DNA of 64,000 nucleotides from Chrysomallon squamiferum (taxonomy: Eukaryota; Animalia; Mollusca): contig CM022671.1 in the NCBI GenBank assembly GCA_012295275.1, positions 25,916,001-25,980,000 on the forward strand, read 5' to 3'. Made by a program: the position numbers and the translations under genes. Below, piece by piece: positions 20,596-33,489 of the stretch (position 1 is the first letter of the stretch; each line of letters starts with the position of its first letter). The notes under the pieces were generated by a model. The model did no database searches. It saw nothing but the letters and a program-made list of their open reading frames with translations, and was not told the DNA's origin.

Positions 20596-22375
20596 AAATT
20601 AACCAACTTTAACCACCTCATTATTTAAGACAAATGAAAGCAAGTTTATCCACTGAAATGAAATAAAATACAACTGTCGGCTGTTTGAAATATATACAAA
20701 TATCAAATGCAATCTGTCATATTGTATTTTGTGTATTTTTGTGTGGTGTAGCAACTGCGTGATATTTACAATACAATAGAATCATGTAGGTTCTGTTCTG
20801 CTTGACATCATTAACTATTTTAATAATGTCAGTGGGATTGCAAAATATTGTAACTAGGGAAAATATTTATCATAACTAAATGTTACTCTGATGATATCGG
20901 AACTTTGTGTGTGAAATATGAAAAACAGTCTGAAAAAAAACAATAGTCTATGAAATTACATAATACTAAGTATTCCTGACACTTGAAAGGTATAGAATCA
21001 CTGGTATTTTAAACTGATTGCACTGACAACTGAACAAGCTTATTGGTTTGTGTGTGTGTTCACATACATACATACATATATACATACATAAATACATACA
21101 CACACACACATGCGCACACAGACATACACATACACAAACACAGACATACACATACACAAACACATACACAGATATAACATATACAAACATACATATATTT
21201 GATTACAATTTTTTAAATCAAACTTATTACTGTAAAGATAATAATAATGATGATGATGATGATGATGATGATAATGGTGATAATAATAATAAAAATCTTT
21301 TCTTTGTTATGGTAATTATTGTTAATTGTAATTGAAAAAAAACACATTTCAGTGGCTTTTTTCAAATGGTCATAATAATTAGTGAGATAAACAAATAAAT
21401 ATTTTTATTTATAATCAAACAAGCAAAGCAAAACACACGAGACATAAATTTTTATAATAAATACCAGATTAAACATTTTTAAAAGCTTTATAAAAACACA
21501 ATAAAAAACGTTATCTTTATTTGATTACAAATAATATATTACTTGTAATCAAATCTTTTATCATAATGATGAAAGTTAGTCACACCAGTATGATTTAGAA
21601 TGAAACATAACCACGTTCATTGTTTTTTTTTTTTTTTTTTTCTTCAAATATCAGAATATTTTCTCATTATTTTGCACATAAAATTAACATGTCATAAAGA
21701 CCCTCGTTCTAACACAACAATGTTCATCAAAACGTGGTCAACGGTTTTGTCAGAGTTATATGCTTTCTTATCTGTAGACACAAAAAAGAACCCTATCTGC
21801 TAACTGTAAAATAGATGACAATTATCTTATGGCACTTTCCTATTTTACACCTAACAGCAGCTGAATATTATTAAGGTGGCCAGCAAATTTAGTAGTTATT
21901 TAGAGAGAGAAATGAAGAGAGTCAGATATGTCAATTATGACTGACGTATAGTGTTTCTGTCATTATTTAGACATTAGAACAACATTATTTTTAGAAAGTG
22001 TCAATATAAATAAATGACATTTGCTGTTTTTTTATACTATAATTGTCTACAGTTTGGAAATGATGTAAAATGATAGTAAGCTTGTATCATAGCTTGAAGG
22101 AAACAAATAATTATTTATTTACACAATTATAAACTGCAGTTACATATATGACTGGACACACACATGCATGCATACCTATATATATAAACAAATACAGATA
22201 CATACACACATACACACACACTCAAATACATGCACATACTTACATAACCATGCATGATACATGCATACCTACATACAGACAGATACAGCATAAAGTTAGG
22301 GTCAAGATAGATAACTTGAGCAGAAATAGGCAAATGTTTTTAAAGCAGAAGCAAAGAATAACAACCTACATGTAG

Positions 22376-22430
22376 TCACATACCACAGTCTTTGATAAAC
22401 CATTAACAGGATTGGGAAATTGCTCAGTGC
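22376..22430 (+). mobile_element. Second, shorter copy of the same dispersed repeat
   Basis: CACATACCACAGTCTTTGATAAACCATTAACAGGATTGGGAAATTGCTCAGTG aligns by eye with 19960-20053. Confidence 0.45.
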
Positions 22431-22540
22431 AGTACATATTATTACATATAAATTAATTGAATACTGTATATGATTTTAACAATGAAGTTACACACTTAAT
22501 ATTTATTTTAAAAATTGCTAATCATTATTTCTCAATTGAT

Positions 22541-22640
22541 GCCCCGAAGTGGGAATGAACTCGGTATTGTGTTATCTCTAAGTTACCAAATCTGGTTCTG
22601 TTTGTTAGGAAGCGAAGCATGCATAAAGCATTTGAGCTAT
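22541..22640 (-). mobile_element. tRNA-derived SINE head remnant (Pol III A/B boxes)
   Basis: The minus strand reads ATAGCTCAAATGC (A-box-like) ... CCGAGTTCATTCCCACTTCGGGGC (B-box/T-arm-like). No complete cloverleaf. Confidence 0.45.
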
Positions 22641-22739
22641 TAATCCTATTACCTTAAGCATCATGATCCAATCAATATGGTTCAGAACTATATTCCAGAT
22701 TATACATATGTTATGTAACCTTCATTTTACACCTATGTG

Positions 22740-22773
<34 letters not shown>

Positions 22774-22877
22774 TCACAGTAATTAGTTTAGCTGTGGTAA
22801 CGTGGTAACTAATGAAACATTACGGAACTCCTATATGTGACACACCTGCTGTTTGTAACATTTCAACAGATTATCCC

Positions 22878-23215
22878 AGACTGCTTTTTTTATGGGTAGG
22901 TCTGGAATTTTTTAAGGAGAAGGTTTCCAGAGTGGATTTCACGCAGATTATATTTTCTTACCTCTGAGAGTGGGATTTTTAGGAATAGGAATTCTAGAGT
23001 GAGTTCTAAAGCAGATTATACTTTCTTATTTCTGGGAGTGGGATTTTTTGGGGATAGGGTTGGCAGACTATATTTTTTTATTTCTGGGAGTGGGATTTTT
23101 TGGGGATAGGGTTGGCAGACTATATTTTTTTATTTCTGGGAGTGGGATTTTTAGGGAGAGTTTTTCTAGAATGGGTTTCAAACAGAGTATATTTATTTAA
23201 CTTTGGGAATCAGAT
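22878..23215. repeat. 52-68 bp G-rich minisatellite
   Basis: About 5 units of GCAGA(C/T)TATATTTT..ATTTCTGGGAGTGGGATTTTT.GGG.ATAGG; the two central units are near-identical with period 52. Confidence 0.85.
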
Positions 23216-24494
23216 ATTACTGAGGTTATAATGCTGGCCTCGGACATAATGGTTAATGGATCAAATCTTTGTCAGTATGATTATTTCATTATTTCATACT
23301 CCAACCACTGACTTAATTTATTAATACCTGCCACATGTGATTTCCAGTTTCTGGGGAGGTTTATGTGAGAGTTCCCTTGTTTCTAACTGAGAGTGTTGCC
23401 TACTGAGTGACTAAAGCAGACATACTTTCTCATAATTATCATCATTGTACAAAAATAGCCAAACATTATGATGAAATGAAGTTAACTGATTGATAATTTA
23501 TTCATCTAATCATCCAATATTGTTGTCATTCATTTATTCATTCAGGCATTCATTTTTTATTTATTCTCTCTTGTAATAGTTACATTTTTCTTTTTTACTT
23601 TTATAAAATATTAACAAATGTAACAAACAAAAACAAAATCACAAGTTACCTGTTGAGGAAACAAAATTGGGCTTTTCTTCCTGTTGAATAGTTTATTTGT
23701 AATTTATCTTGTTAGCAGGAGAAATGTGATTAAATTATTTATTAATTTACTTACTTTCTTACTTATTCACTTATTTATTTTATTTATTTATTTATTTACA
23801 TAATTTGTTAATCAAATAGTTATCATTAAAATAAATACATTTGCAGAAATGATGTCACTATCCTGTCCACAAGTAATGAAAACAGTTTTAAATACATTAA
23901 TAATGATAATAAATAAATATACACACTCAGTTACATTATTTGCATGTTTTAATGACTGCTAATAAAAGAAGACAATACAGCCTCCATCGCATCATAGATA
24001 AAAGACATTTTTTTCAGCTTACATCTTACAAAAATGAAAAATATTTTCTGTTAATAGGGTTATTTTAAACATGCTAAACCCTGTTGGTAGCCTCTAACAT
24101 TAACAAGCATTTCTTCAGATGCATTTACATATAAAGAACATGTGGCAACAAAACACAAATTAACAATGCAAATATCCTAATCCACTGGTTAAGAGAGTGA
24201 AATGATCAAGACAAACAATGGCTTAATTGAAATAAATATCCTGTTAATCTCCCCCCAAAAAAGTGTGTGTGTGTGTATGTGTGTGTGTGTGTGTGTATTT
24301 GTATTTTGTATATATAATAAAATACAACAAAAATTTCTGACAAATATCTGAAACAAGACTTGCAATTTGATATGTTTTGCAATGGGGTGATATGGATCAT
24401 TCAGTTATCATGGTTTCAGGAATTATTGCTAACACTGTTTTATTTCCTATTAATATTATCTTCTACCTTTTGTTACCAATATGCAGTCTACAAA

Positions 24495-24865
24495 AAACAC
24501 CTGAACATCCATGTTACCAACATTCTCTATACAAAAAACACTGAACATCCATGTTACCAACATTCTATATACAGAGAACACTGAACATCCATGTTACCAA
24601 CATTCTGAACATCCAAGTTACCAACATTCTGTATACAGAGAACACTGAACATCCAAGTTACCAACATTCTGTATACAGAGAACACTGAACATCCATGTTC
24701 CAACATTCTGTATACAGAGAACACTGAACATCCATGTTACCAACATTCTCTATACAGAGAACACTGAACATCCATGTTACCAACATTCTCTATACAGAGA
24801 ACACTGAACATACATGTTACCAACATTCTGTATACAGAGAACACTGAACATCCATGTTACCAACA
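24495..24865. repeat. 40-bp minisatellite (~9 units) with a decayed extension at ~25000-25290
   Basis: Unit GAGAACACTGAACATCCATGTTACCAACATTCT(G/C)TATACA. The downstream relic keeps ACTGAACATAT and GTTACCAACAT pieces. Confidence 0.95.
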
Positions 24866-25559
24866 ATGTGATATATGGTAAAATTGAGCATGTATATTTT
24901 ATTTATTTTATCAAAATATATATTATTATGGAATCAACAGAAAACACTTGACATAAATTATATAGTGAACAATGAATAATATATATAACCAACAAGTTTT
25001 ATACTGTGAAAATTGAAATATTACCAACATGCTATTTAGAGTAAATACTGAAGATGTTACCAACATGTAGTATATTGTGAACTGAACATATGTTACTAAG
25101 ATGCATTATACAGTAAACAAGGAACGCACATGTTACCATCATGCATTGTGTAGCAGACTGAACATATATTATATAAACATGCATGTTATTTTTGAACTGA
25201 ACATATATTATATGTGAACACTGAACATACATATAATTAACTGAACATATATTATATACTGCAGAACACTGAACATTAGTAATAGGAATGAACATAATTC
25301 AGAAAGAAACTTTCATGACTACATTTGAATAAAACTGGCATTATGTATGGTAGCTTTAACAGTGGTAATAAATCATATATTATTCAGAATGAACAACATT
25401 TTATTTCATAGCTCATTCACTAAGATGACATTCTACAGTAAATTATTATACATGGATGAAGTTTCTGAATAAACATGCTTTTTATGGGTCTCCGATTTCT
25501 CAATTGTCCACTGAACATACAATTTATGTCTGCCCCTGATTCAAGGTTATAAATATGAT

Positions 25560-26250
25560 TTTACAGAAAAAATTTGTTGATTTATTTATACATTTTATTT
25601 TTCAGTTTTATATATTGTATTTTGGATATTTAAATCATTTTTTTTTTAATATTTATTACACTTAGTGATTCAAAGTTTTTATACAGCAGATATTTGTCTT
25701 CTTTTAATACATTTTATATTTTAGATTTTTAAAATTTGTTGATTTATTTTAAACCGTATTATTATTTTTTAGATATCTTTTGGTTTTATATATTTTTTTG
25801 AATATTTTATGTTTTAAATAAACACATTTTATAAGTTTTTTTTATACATATATATTTTCTTTTTTTTAATTACATATTTTAGATATTTTTTTTTTTAAAC
25901 ATATTATATTTTAGATGTTTAAATATTTTTTAATATTTTTTTTTATTTTATAATTTAAATATTTTTTTTTTTTTATACATTTTTTACATTTGATATTTAA
26001 TTTATTGTTTTAACATTTTGTGTATAAGATATTTAACTGCTTATTTTACATTTATATTTTAGATGCACAACTCACGTTTTTAAACACCTTTTGTGCATCA
26101 GCTATTTCACTTCTTTTTATACATTTTTGTATTTCAGATATTTAACTGTTTTTAAAATATATTTTATGCATCAGATATTTAGATTTTATTTTAATACATT
26201 TTGTATTTCAGATATTTAACTATTTTTAAAATATTTTTGCATCGTATATT
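25560..26250. repeat. Degenerate T-rich ~40-50 bp array
   Basis: Recurrent ATACATTTT.TATTT(C/T)AGATATTTAA. Confidence 0.6.
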
Positions 26251-26261
26251 TCTCACACACA

Positions 26262-26316
<55 letters not shown>

Positions 26317-26674
26317 TGTTAGAGCCTTTTGATCTCACCTCATATATTTATCTGCAGTAATGTTTTCTGGATTACTATCAAAGAAAAATACATTAAAGAG
26401 TATTTACGATCTCCGGTGAAAGATTGTTGACCGGGGGGGGGGGGTATTACTCTGTTTAAGAACTACCTGCATACATGTACAACTGCACTAATTAAGAGGA
26501 AAATCTCAACAAACAAGGGTTTCTGGGAGCACTTTTAAGAAATACTACCATAGAAAATACCAGCTTGAACTGGGAGCTTATTTTTCAGATTTATGACTTA
26601 GAATTATTTACTCTACAAATTAGCAGAGAAATCTAGACTAGCAAAGGTCAGTGTGAGTATTTTATAATGAATAC

Positions 26675-26920
26675 GAACATACAAAATACCACCTTGCCTG
26701 ATATTTAATTTTTCAATCTTTATGACTTTGATAGATCTGTATATTCTACCATACAAAATACCATTTTGCCTGATATTTAATTTTTCAATTTTTATGATTT
26801 TGATAGATCTGTATATTCTATTAATAAGTATTTTATAACAAACACTAACACACAAAATACCACCTTGGCTGATATTTAATTTTTCACATCTGTGGCTTTG
26901 ATAGATTTTATATTTTACTA
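26675..26920. repeat. Three-copy ~70-100 bp tandem repeat
   Basis: ACAAAATACCA(C/T).TTG.CTGATATTTAATTTTTCA.....TTTGATAGAT.T.TATATT.TA occurs three times. Confidence 0.85.
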
Positions 26921-27696
26921 ATAAATAAAGCTATAATTATAAATAAATAAATTAGTTGTAAAAAAAATATTACAATAAAAAATAAAAAGGAATGATATAT
27001 TATTAAAAAAAAGTCATGTGTAGAAGACAGTTTTCTGGGAAGTAGTATTATTAACAACAAATAAAAAAACTTGTGATAGTCATGTGATGAATGAATACTT
27101 AGATGTAACAGATGCTCTGCAATAACAATAATTTACTCTTAATTAACAAAAACCTGCGAGATGCTTTTCTGTTTCATGTTTTATTTTACATAAATTAATT
27201 ACTCTTAGAAAAATACAGATCTTGAAATTGATTTTAGTTCTAAGAAAGAAGAGAAAATAAAAGAAGGAAAGAAAAAAGTGAGAGGGAAAAGAAAAAGAAT
27301 ATTAAGTCAAAGCAAAATAACAATAAAAACAAATCAATATTGATCACTTTATCACAAGTCAAAAAAATTATCTTTTTTTTTGTTAATTTACTTATTCATT
27401 GTCATAAATCTTCTGTTAACCTAAACTATTTATAGATTAGTTCATTTTTTTTTTAAATAAATTTTGCAACAGTGAAGTCATATCTCATATCAGCAATTTA
27501 CACACCCATTTGTCATTCTGGACAAAATGAAAGCAAATTTCACCAATATCTTTTACATTACACAATGTCATGACTCCAGATATTGTTGACTTAAGGAAAT
27601 GAGGTTACGAGACTGCAATACATGTTTTAGTATTCATACCTCAGTATGAATAGACTCAGTTATAATCAAATATGTATGAAAATGCATTGGTATTGT

Positions 27697-27740
<44 letters not shown>

Positions 27741-28537
27741 TCTGACTGTGATAGCTAAGATTATGTAATTGTACATATGCATACACAGGGTGAGTTTATT
27801 TTATAATTTGTTTCAAAAAGAAATTTTTCATGTGTTATTTGTCCCAGTGTATCAGTTTATCAAGTGACCACTTTTGGTCAAAGTTTTTCTTTTGAGGTGA
27901 ATACATTCTTAACATGTAAAAATAATTTATAAAGAAAATATGAAATACTATTTGAGAAAAAGCCTGTTTTACTAGTGTAAGGTGTATCAGCCATTTTCAG
28001 AGTTTTTTATTTGGCACTGTGACACATTTGAACTGAGCCACTGACTGAGAAATGTTAAAAGGGGATTTTCTGTGTTTCATGTTCATGTTGTATCCTTTTC
28101 TGACAGGAATCCAAGAAAAGCTCACAAAAAAAAAAGTTTTATTTAAAAAAATTTAAAAAATATGTTGAGAATAGCTGAGTTATATTATTAATTTTATAAT
28201 AACCAATTATTCTCATCTGATTTTTTTATATATATATATATATATTTTTTAAATAATATGGTTTGGGTTATTTTTATAATGGTAAATATATGATTAGAAA
28301 GATAAGACATTTTAATTAAAGATTAAAAAAAAAACATTCATATTTATTATTATTCCTTTTTTTTTAAATCAGAAATTTGAATGCAGAATGCAAAAAGGTA
28401 GAAATGACTAATGGTGTTCATCCACTGATCTGTTGATCTGTTGATCTGTTTATTTCTCTCTTATATATATATATATATATATAGATCAACAGATACATAT
28501 ATATATAGATATATCTGTTTATCTCTCTTTCTCTCTC

Positions 28538-28585
<48 letters not shown>

Positions 28586-28760
28586 GTTTAACTATCAACT
28601 ACAAAGAAAACCAGGAAAGGAGGAAGCAGAATTAAAGCAAATAAAAATGAGATGAAAAGTTATAATTTTTAGTATGCTCATTTAAAAATTGTTTCATGAA
28701 AGATTAATTGTCACAGAACTGTTAATTAATACTAGTAATATACTACTAGCACTGGGTATC

Positions 28761-28785
28761 CACCTGCAGCTGTTGTCATAGCAAC
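28761..28785. promoter_or_regulatory. Adjacent E-boxes (CACCTG, CAGCTG) fused to an RFX X-box (GTTGTCATAGCAAC)
   Basis: The sequence CACCTGCAGCTGTTGTCATAGCAAC lies about 80 nt upstream of ATG 28867. The 14-mer at 28772-28785 fits the X-box consensus GTHNYY-AT-RRNAAC. Confidence 0.55.
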
Positions 28786-28866
28786 AACACAATCTCTTGA
28801 AACTTATTTATATTATTATTTTTTTTTTTTTTTCATTCGACAGAACTACATTAAAAACAAGACACC

Positions 28867-30784
28867 ATGAGTTCTGAAGAAGTTACCGAGGTGGTCGTTC
28901 ACTCAGAAGTCACCAAAAGTCATGAGTCTTTGAAAAAGATCGCAGACGGACCTGTCCAGAATGGAATAACAGAGCCAGTCAAGGAAGGCTCTGAAGAGAA
29001 ACCTGCTGAGGAGGAGAGCAATGAAGAGAAAGCTGCTGAGGACAGCAGTGAGGCAAAACCTGCAGAAGAAGTCTCTGAAGCTAAAACTGGTGAGGAGGGC
29101 AGTGAAGTAAAAGCTGCAGAGGAACAGACTGCAACAGAAGCCGGGGAAAAAAAAGCAGAAGATGCTAAAAGTGGGAAAGAGAGTCCGGTGAAAGATGCAG
29201 CAGTGACAGAAGATGCTGTCAAGGATGAGGTCGATGCTCCCATAACACAGCCAAAACGAGAAGCTGAAGTGCCAGCCTCTGAGGAATCAGTCACAGCTGA
29301 AACAGCAGAATCAGGTCCTGAAACTCAAGCTCCTCCAGAAGTCCCAGCTGATGAAGTGAAAGAAGCTTCAAAGGATGAAGAACAAGCAGAAGATAAAAAG
29401 GAAACACCCGAAGGTTAGTCTACAGTCTGCTTCAGCAGCGCATACAAAATTGTAAAGTAAATTAATGTAAACATATGTAGCCTGTCCTTCACTATAAGAA
29501 TATGTTCAAATAACAGAAACAACTTTATCATAACAATAGATGGGTTTTATTATTACTGCTTTTAAAACTGTATAAACCATCTATCATAGTTATTCAGAAG
29601 ACCTGAACAATTGAAATATGTTGTATTATAGAATATAAAAAATAAAATAATAATAATAAAATAAATTAATGTGATGCTAAAGCAGTGAAATCACTGATTA
29701 ATGCAGTTAATTATTTGAAAATAAACTTTTTTGTTTGTTCTGCTAGTGATTAGTGAACAGTTCAAATATTTCCAAAATCATTTTGACAAAGTTTTAAATG
29801 TTAACCTCTGGATTTTCATTTTTATTATTATTGTTATTATTATTATTAACCCATAGTTTATAGTTTTTCAAAGATTATGAAAGGTGAAAGGAAAAAAATA
29901 CATAAATAAATAAAATAAAAAACAGTGATAAGATTAATAAAGGTACAATGATAATTCTTCTTTAAGTTCCCAGCATTTGAATTTGTGAAACAATCTTAAA
30001 CAAACTTGGAATAAATAAAATGATACATTTGATTTCGTTCCTTACAGAGCAACAAACGACTGAAGTGACTTTAATAGTAACTGATGCACCCAAAGATGAA
30101 GCTGAGCAAACAGCAGAAGATTCCACAGCAGCCACAACTGAAAAACCAGAAGAAGCAGGAGAAAGTGGTTCAGTTCCCGAATCCTCTGAAACGATAAAAC
30201 AAGAAGAAGAAGTCACAGCTGAAACTAAAGATGACGAAGAAACAAAGGAGAAATCAGTGATGCCAAGTGAAGAAAACAAAGAACCGACAGGTGACAGCAT
30301 GGCTGTTGATCTCACTGATGAAGAAAAGCAATTGGCTGCATCCTCATTGCAGGACCAGACGGCAGAAAAAGAAGTACTCACCAAACTGGTGGATGACAAC
30401 GCCAAGTTGCAGAAAGATTTTGGAGAACTGGAAGGAGGTCAGTCAACAAACAGAGATATGATTATTGCTCTCAAGGATGAGCTGGCCGCTTTGAAAGCAG
30501 CAAATAAATTGCTGGAAGATAAAATAACCTCTCTTGAAAACGAGAACAAGAAGTTGATGGAGTTTGAAGAATGGGGTAAAAATAATGGACAGAAAATGAA
30601 AGACACAATGCTAAAGTTGCAGGATTTAACAGTTCAGCATGAAGAAAAGGATAAAAGGATCATAAACCTTGAGAAAGAGTTGAGTGCTACGAATGCACGA
30701 CTTCAAAATTCTGAGAGGGAACTGGCATCAGCATCGAAGCCTGTCGGAGATCAAGGTCAATCGAAGAGCTGTGCTATAATGTAA
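28867..30784 (+). CDS. Uncharacterised 427-aa protein: Glu/Ala/Lys/Ser/Thr-rich disordered N-terminal region, ~140-aa coiled coil, C-terminal CaaX (SKSCAIM)
   Basis: Strong acceptor (poly-T..CATTCGACAG|28844) and Kozak GACACCATGA. Exon 28867-29413 (phase-1 donor G|GTTAGT) joins exon 30048-30784 (CCTTACAG|AG) in frame, giving 1284 nt. Coding-like base composition against AT-rich flanks; heptad Leu/Ile pattern; ends CAIM-stop. Confidence 0.9.
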
Positions 30785-33159
30785 CATACAGTTATGAAAG
30801 CTTTGTTGTATTTTAATAATCAGTTCAGAATATATTTATTTCAGTCTTAGACATCCAAGCTAGAAAACTTACAATAAAGATTGAAACTTGCACAGAAGTT
30901 ATGATGATGTTTTATCTTGTCTAGAATCAAGAAGCTTGACAGACAAAAACTTACAGAGGAATCTAATGTATATTGTTTGATATAATGTACACCATCTGAA
31001 GTCTTCTATCATTTATGTTGTAATATTTAAATTAATTATGATTCAAAACATTTTACAACAGTAAATTACATAATGAATAGAGAACAATTAAAAAATCTAG
31101 AATTTTAAAATGAAAGACATTCTTTATTTTTATTTTAAATTATTTCTTATAGTTTTATGAAAATGTTACTTTATTATATTCTCAAAATAATTAATAATAA
31201 TAAGAAGAAGAAGTAAAAAACCAATAAAAAACTCATAAATTAATTATATTGAAGTGAGTGACTTTTTCTAAGAAATGTGTCCTGTTATATTAATAATACT
31301 TTATTTATTTATATATTTATTTATTTATTCATTCATTCTAGTCCTATTAATAATGGTAGATGAATTGAAATGTGATATTATGTTAATGACCAGAGAGTGA
31401 TTATGTTATTTTATAAAATAAAATAAATTGGCTTGTTAAGTTTTGAAATGCAAAGACTAATTATGGAATACCATAACATTAACATTGATAAATATTTTGC
31501 AGATACAGAAAAAAAAAACCAAAAACATTTTGTTTGGTAAAATTGGTAAATTATTGATAATTTTTAAAATAAAATTTGTAAAGTGAATGAAAATGATTAA
31601 CATTAATATTGAATCTTAATTTTGAAAAAAAAGAAAAAAAAGAGAAATCTAACAACATTTGTTGAGAATACAATTTATAAATCATTATTAGATTAATAAT
31701 TATGAAGATTTATTATTGTACCCAATATCTTTAAATTTATAATATGTACATAACACACGAGAATATATTTATTATATTTAAAAACATCTAAATGTACATA
31801 GTTTAATAGTTTATAAAGCATTTGGTATTCTGTGATACTGATTTTTATATGTTTAGTATGTAAATATTTATATTTAATGTTTAATATATACACATATGCT
31901 ACCTGTGATATTTTGAAAATATTACTTACTGTCTATCAGAAAAGATTGGTGAATTTAAAATTTAGTGAAATCAATACCAGTGATATAATGATACTTTATA
32001 ATTTCAATAAATATCAAATATTTAAGATAATGTCACACAAGATTTTTTTTTTTTTCCTGCAGATATAGTCAAATGTCCAGTTAAAAATGCTTGTCTCCAA
32101 CTAATTTCAACAGAATAACACTTTTATAGTTCAGTTTGAAATTTTCAGCACTAAAATTAGTTTTAATGGAAATATGACATGAATTACACCAAAATTTAAA
32201 ATTTTCTACTTTAAAAATCATTTATAACTTTTTGTAGTTGTAAGCACTGGAACAATAAAAATCCATTTTTGAAAAATCAGAGTTGGTGGTATTGTTAAAA
32301 AATTAATGTATTTTTAAAACTTTAGTTTGATTTGATTTTGTTCATAAAGCTTAGCATTTGCTATTCATTAACATTTTATGTTTTCCAATATTTTCTGATT
32401 TATAAGATCTAAAATTTAAAAATGATTATAACTAGGATAATTTAAAACTTGAATATTACTACAGAGCAATAATTTATACACATTATATACAGATATAGAT
32501 ATAGATAATTGTATTTATTTTCCCCCACATTTTTTGGCTTTATTTTATATTTTGTAAATATTATTTTATATCCACACATATAAATTAAAAAATAAAATTC
32601 TTTCCTTTTTTTTTCATTCAGTGTGTTGACAATCATCTATTAAAAGCACTCATTATATAAAATATGTTTAAATATAAAAATCTTTAATGTTTTGCTGGAA
32701 TGATTTATATAATATCTTCGTCAGTCTATCTATTTTACACATATATTTCAGAATAATGTGATATACATATGTATATTTTTACAGCTAGGGATGTGATACC
32801 AAGATAACTATGCTTTTAAACAATACATATATTATTTTAAATAATTAAAACATTTTGTGTCAGTTTATTTTAATATGCTATAATTTCTGAAATAGTATGG
32901 TTGCAATATCTCTAAATTGTTTCACTCTAAATTTAGCCAAAAGTCTGACAAATTATAGTTATTTTTATTTAAAAAAAAAAACATTAATTTATTTTGGTAT
33001 TTTACGAAATTTGGCAGTTTTTGAATAAAACTATGACAAGCTTATTGAATATTGCTTTGTTGTATATACAAACTTTTTTTTTTTTTTAAATGTAAATAGT
33101 TTCATTGTTGCTGTATTGTTCTTGTTCATGTCAAATGTGTCCATATTTGCATCACTGCA

Positions 33160-33190
33160 AATAAATGAATATTTTTACATTGTTGTTTTG
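33160..33190 (+). terminator. Candidate polyadenylation signal of the CaaX gene
   Basis: AATAAA at 33160-33165 followed by TGTTGTTTTG; would imply a ~2.4-kb 3'UTR. Confidence 0.35.
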
Positions 33191-33419
33191 CTATTTATAA
33201 CACAGAATAGAAATACTTTGTAGAAAAGAGAAAATAACCTGAATTATCAGAAATCTGGTACAGAACACAAAAAGTCTATATGTGTTGTTTAGATTTTCTT
33301 CTCTTTTTGTTGCTGTTGTTATTTTTTAGGATATAATTTAAACTAAATACCCTTTAATTATATAAATATTTAATTAAAAATATATATATATATAAAAATA
33401 AATAAATAAAAATATGCTC

Positions 33420-33489
<70 letters not shown>

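Noticed and set aside
22541-22640. Functional tRNA gene
   Set aside because: The A/B boxes are imperfect and widely spaced, and I could not build a cloverleaf; kept as a SINE remnant.
24495-24865. CRISPR array
   Set aside because: Contiguous units without unique spacers, eukaryotic context and no cas genes.
28920-30405. Antisense Ser-rich ORFs (28920-29294, 29962-30405; likewise 59623-60147 and 12054-12251)
   Set aside because: Shadows of sense-strand codon bias (GAA/GCA-rich) with no independent support.
28867-30784. Nuclear lamin or intermediate filament because of the CAIM ending and coiled coil
   Set aside because: No LNxRL or YRKLLEGEE consensus and no lamin tail domain; the coil is too short and lies at the C-terminus.
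28867-30784. MUSTN1 orthologue (the gene downstream of STIMATE in human)
   Set aside because: Size, composition and orientation differ; no recognisable similarity.
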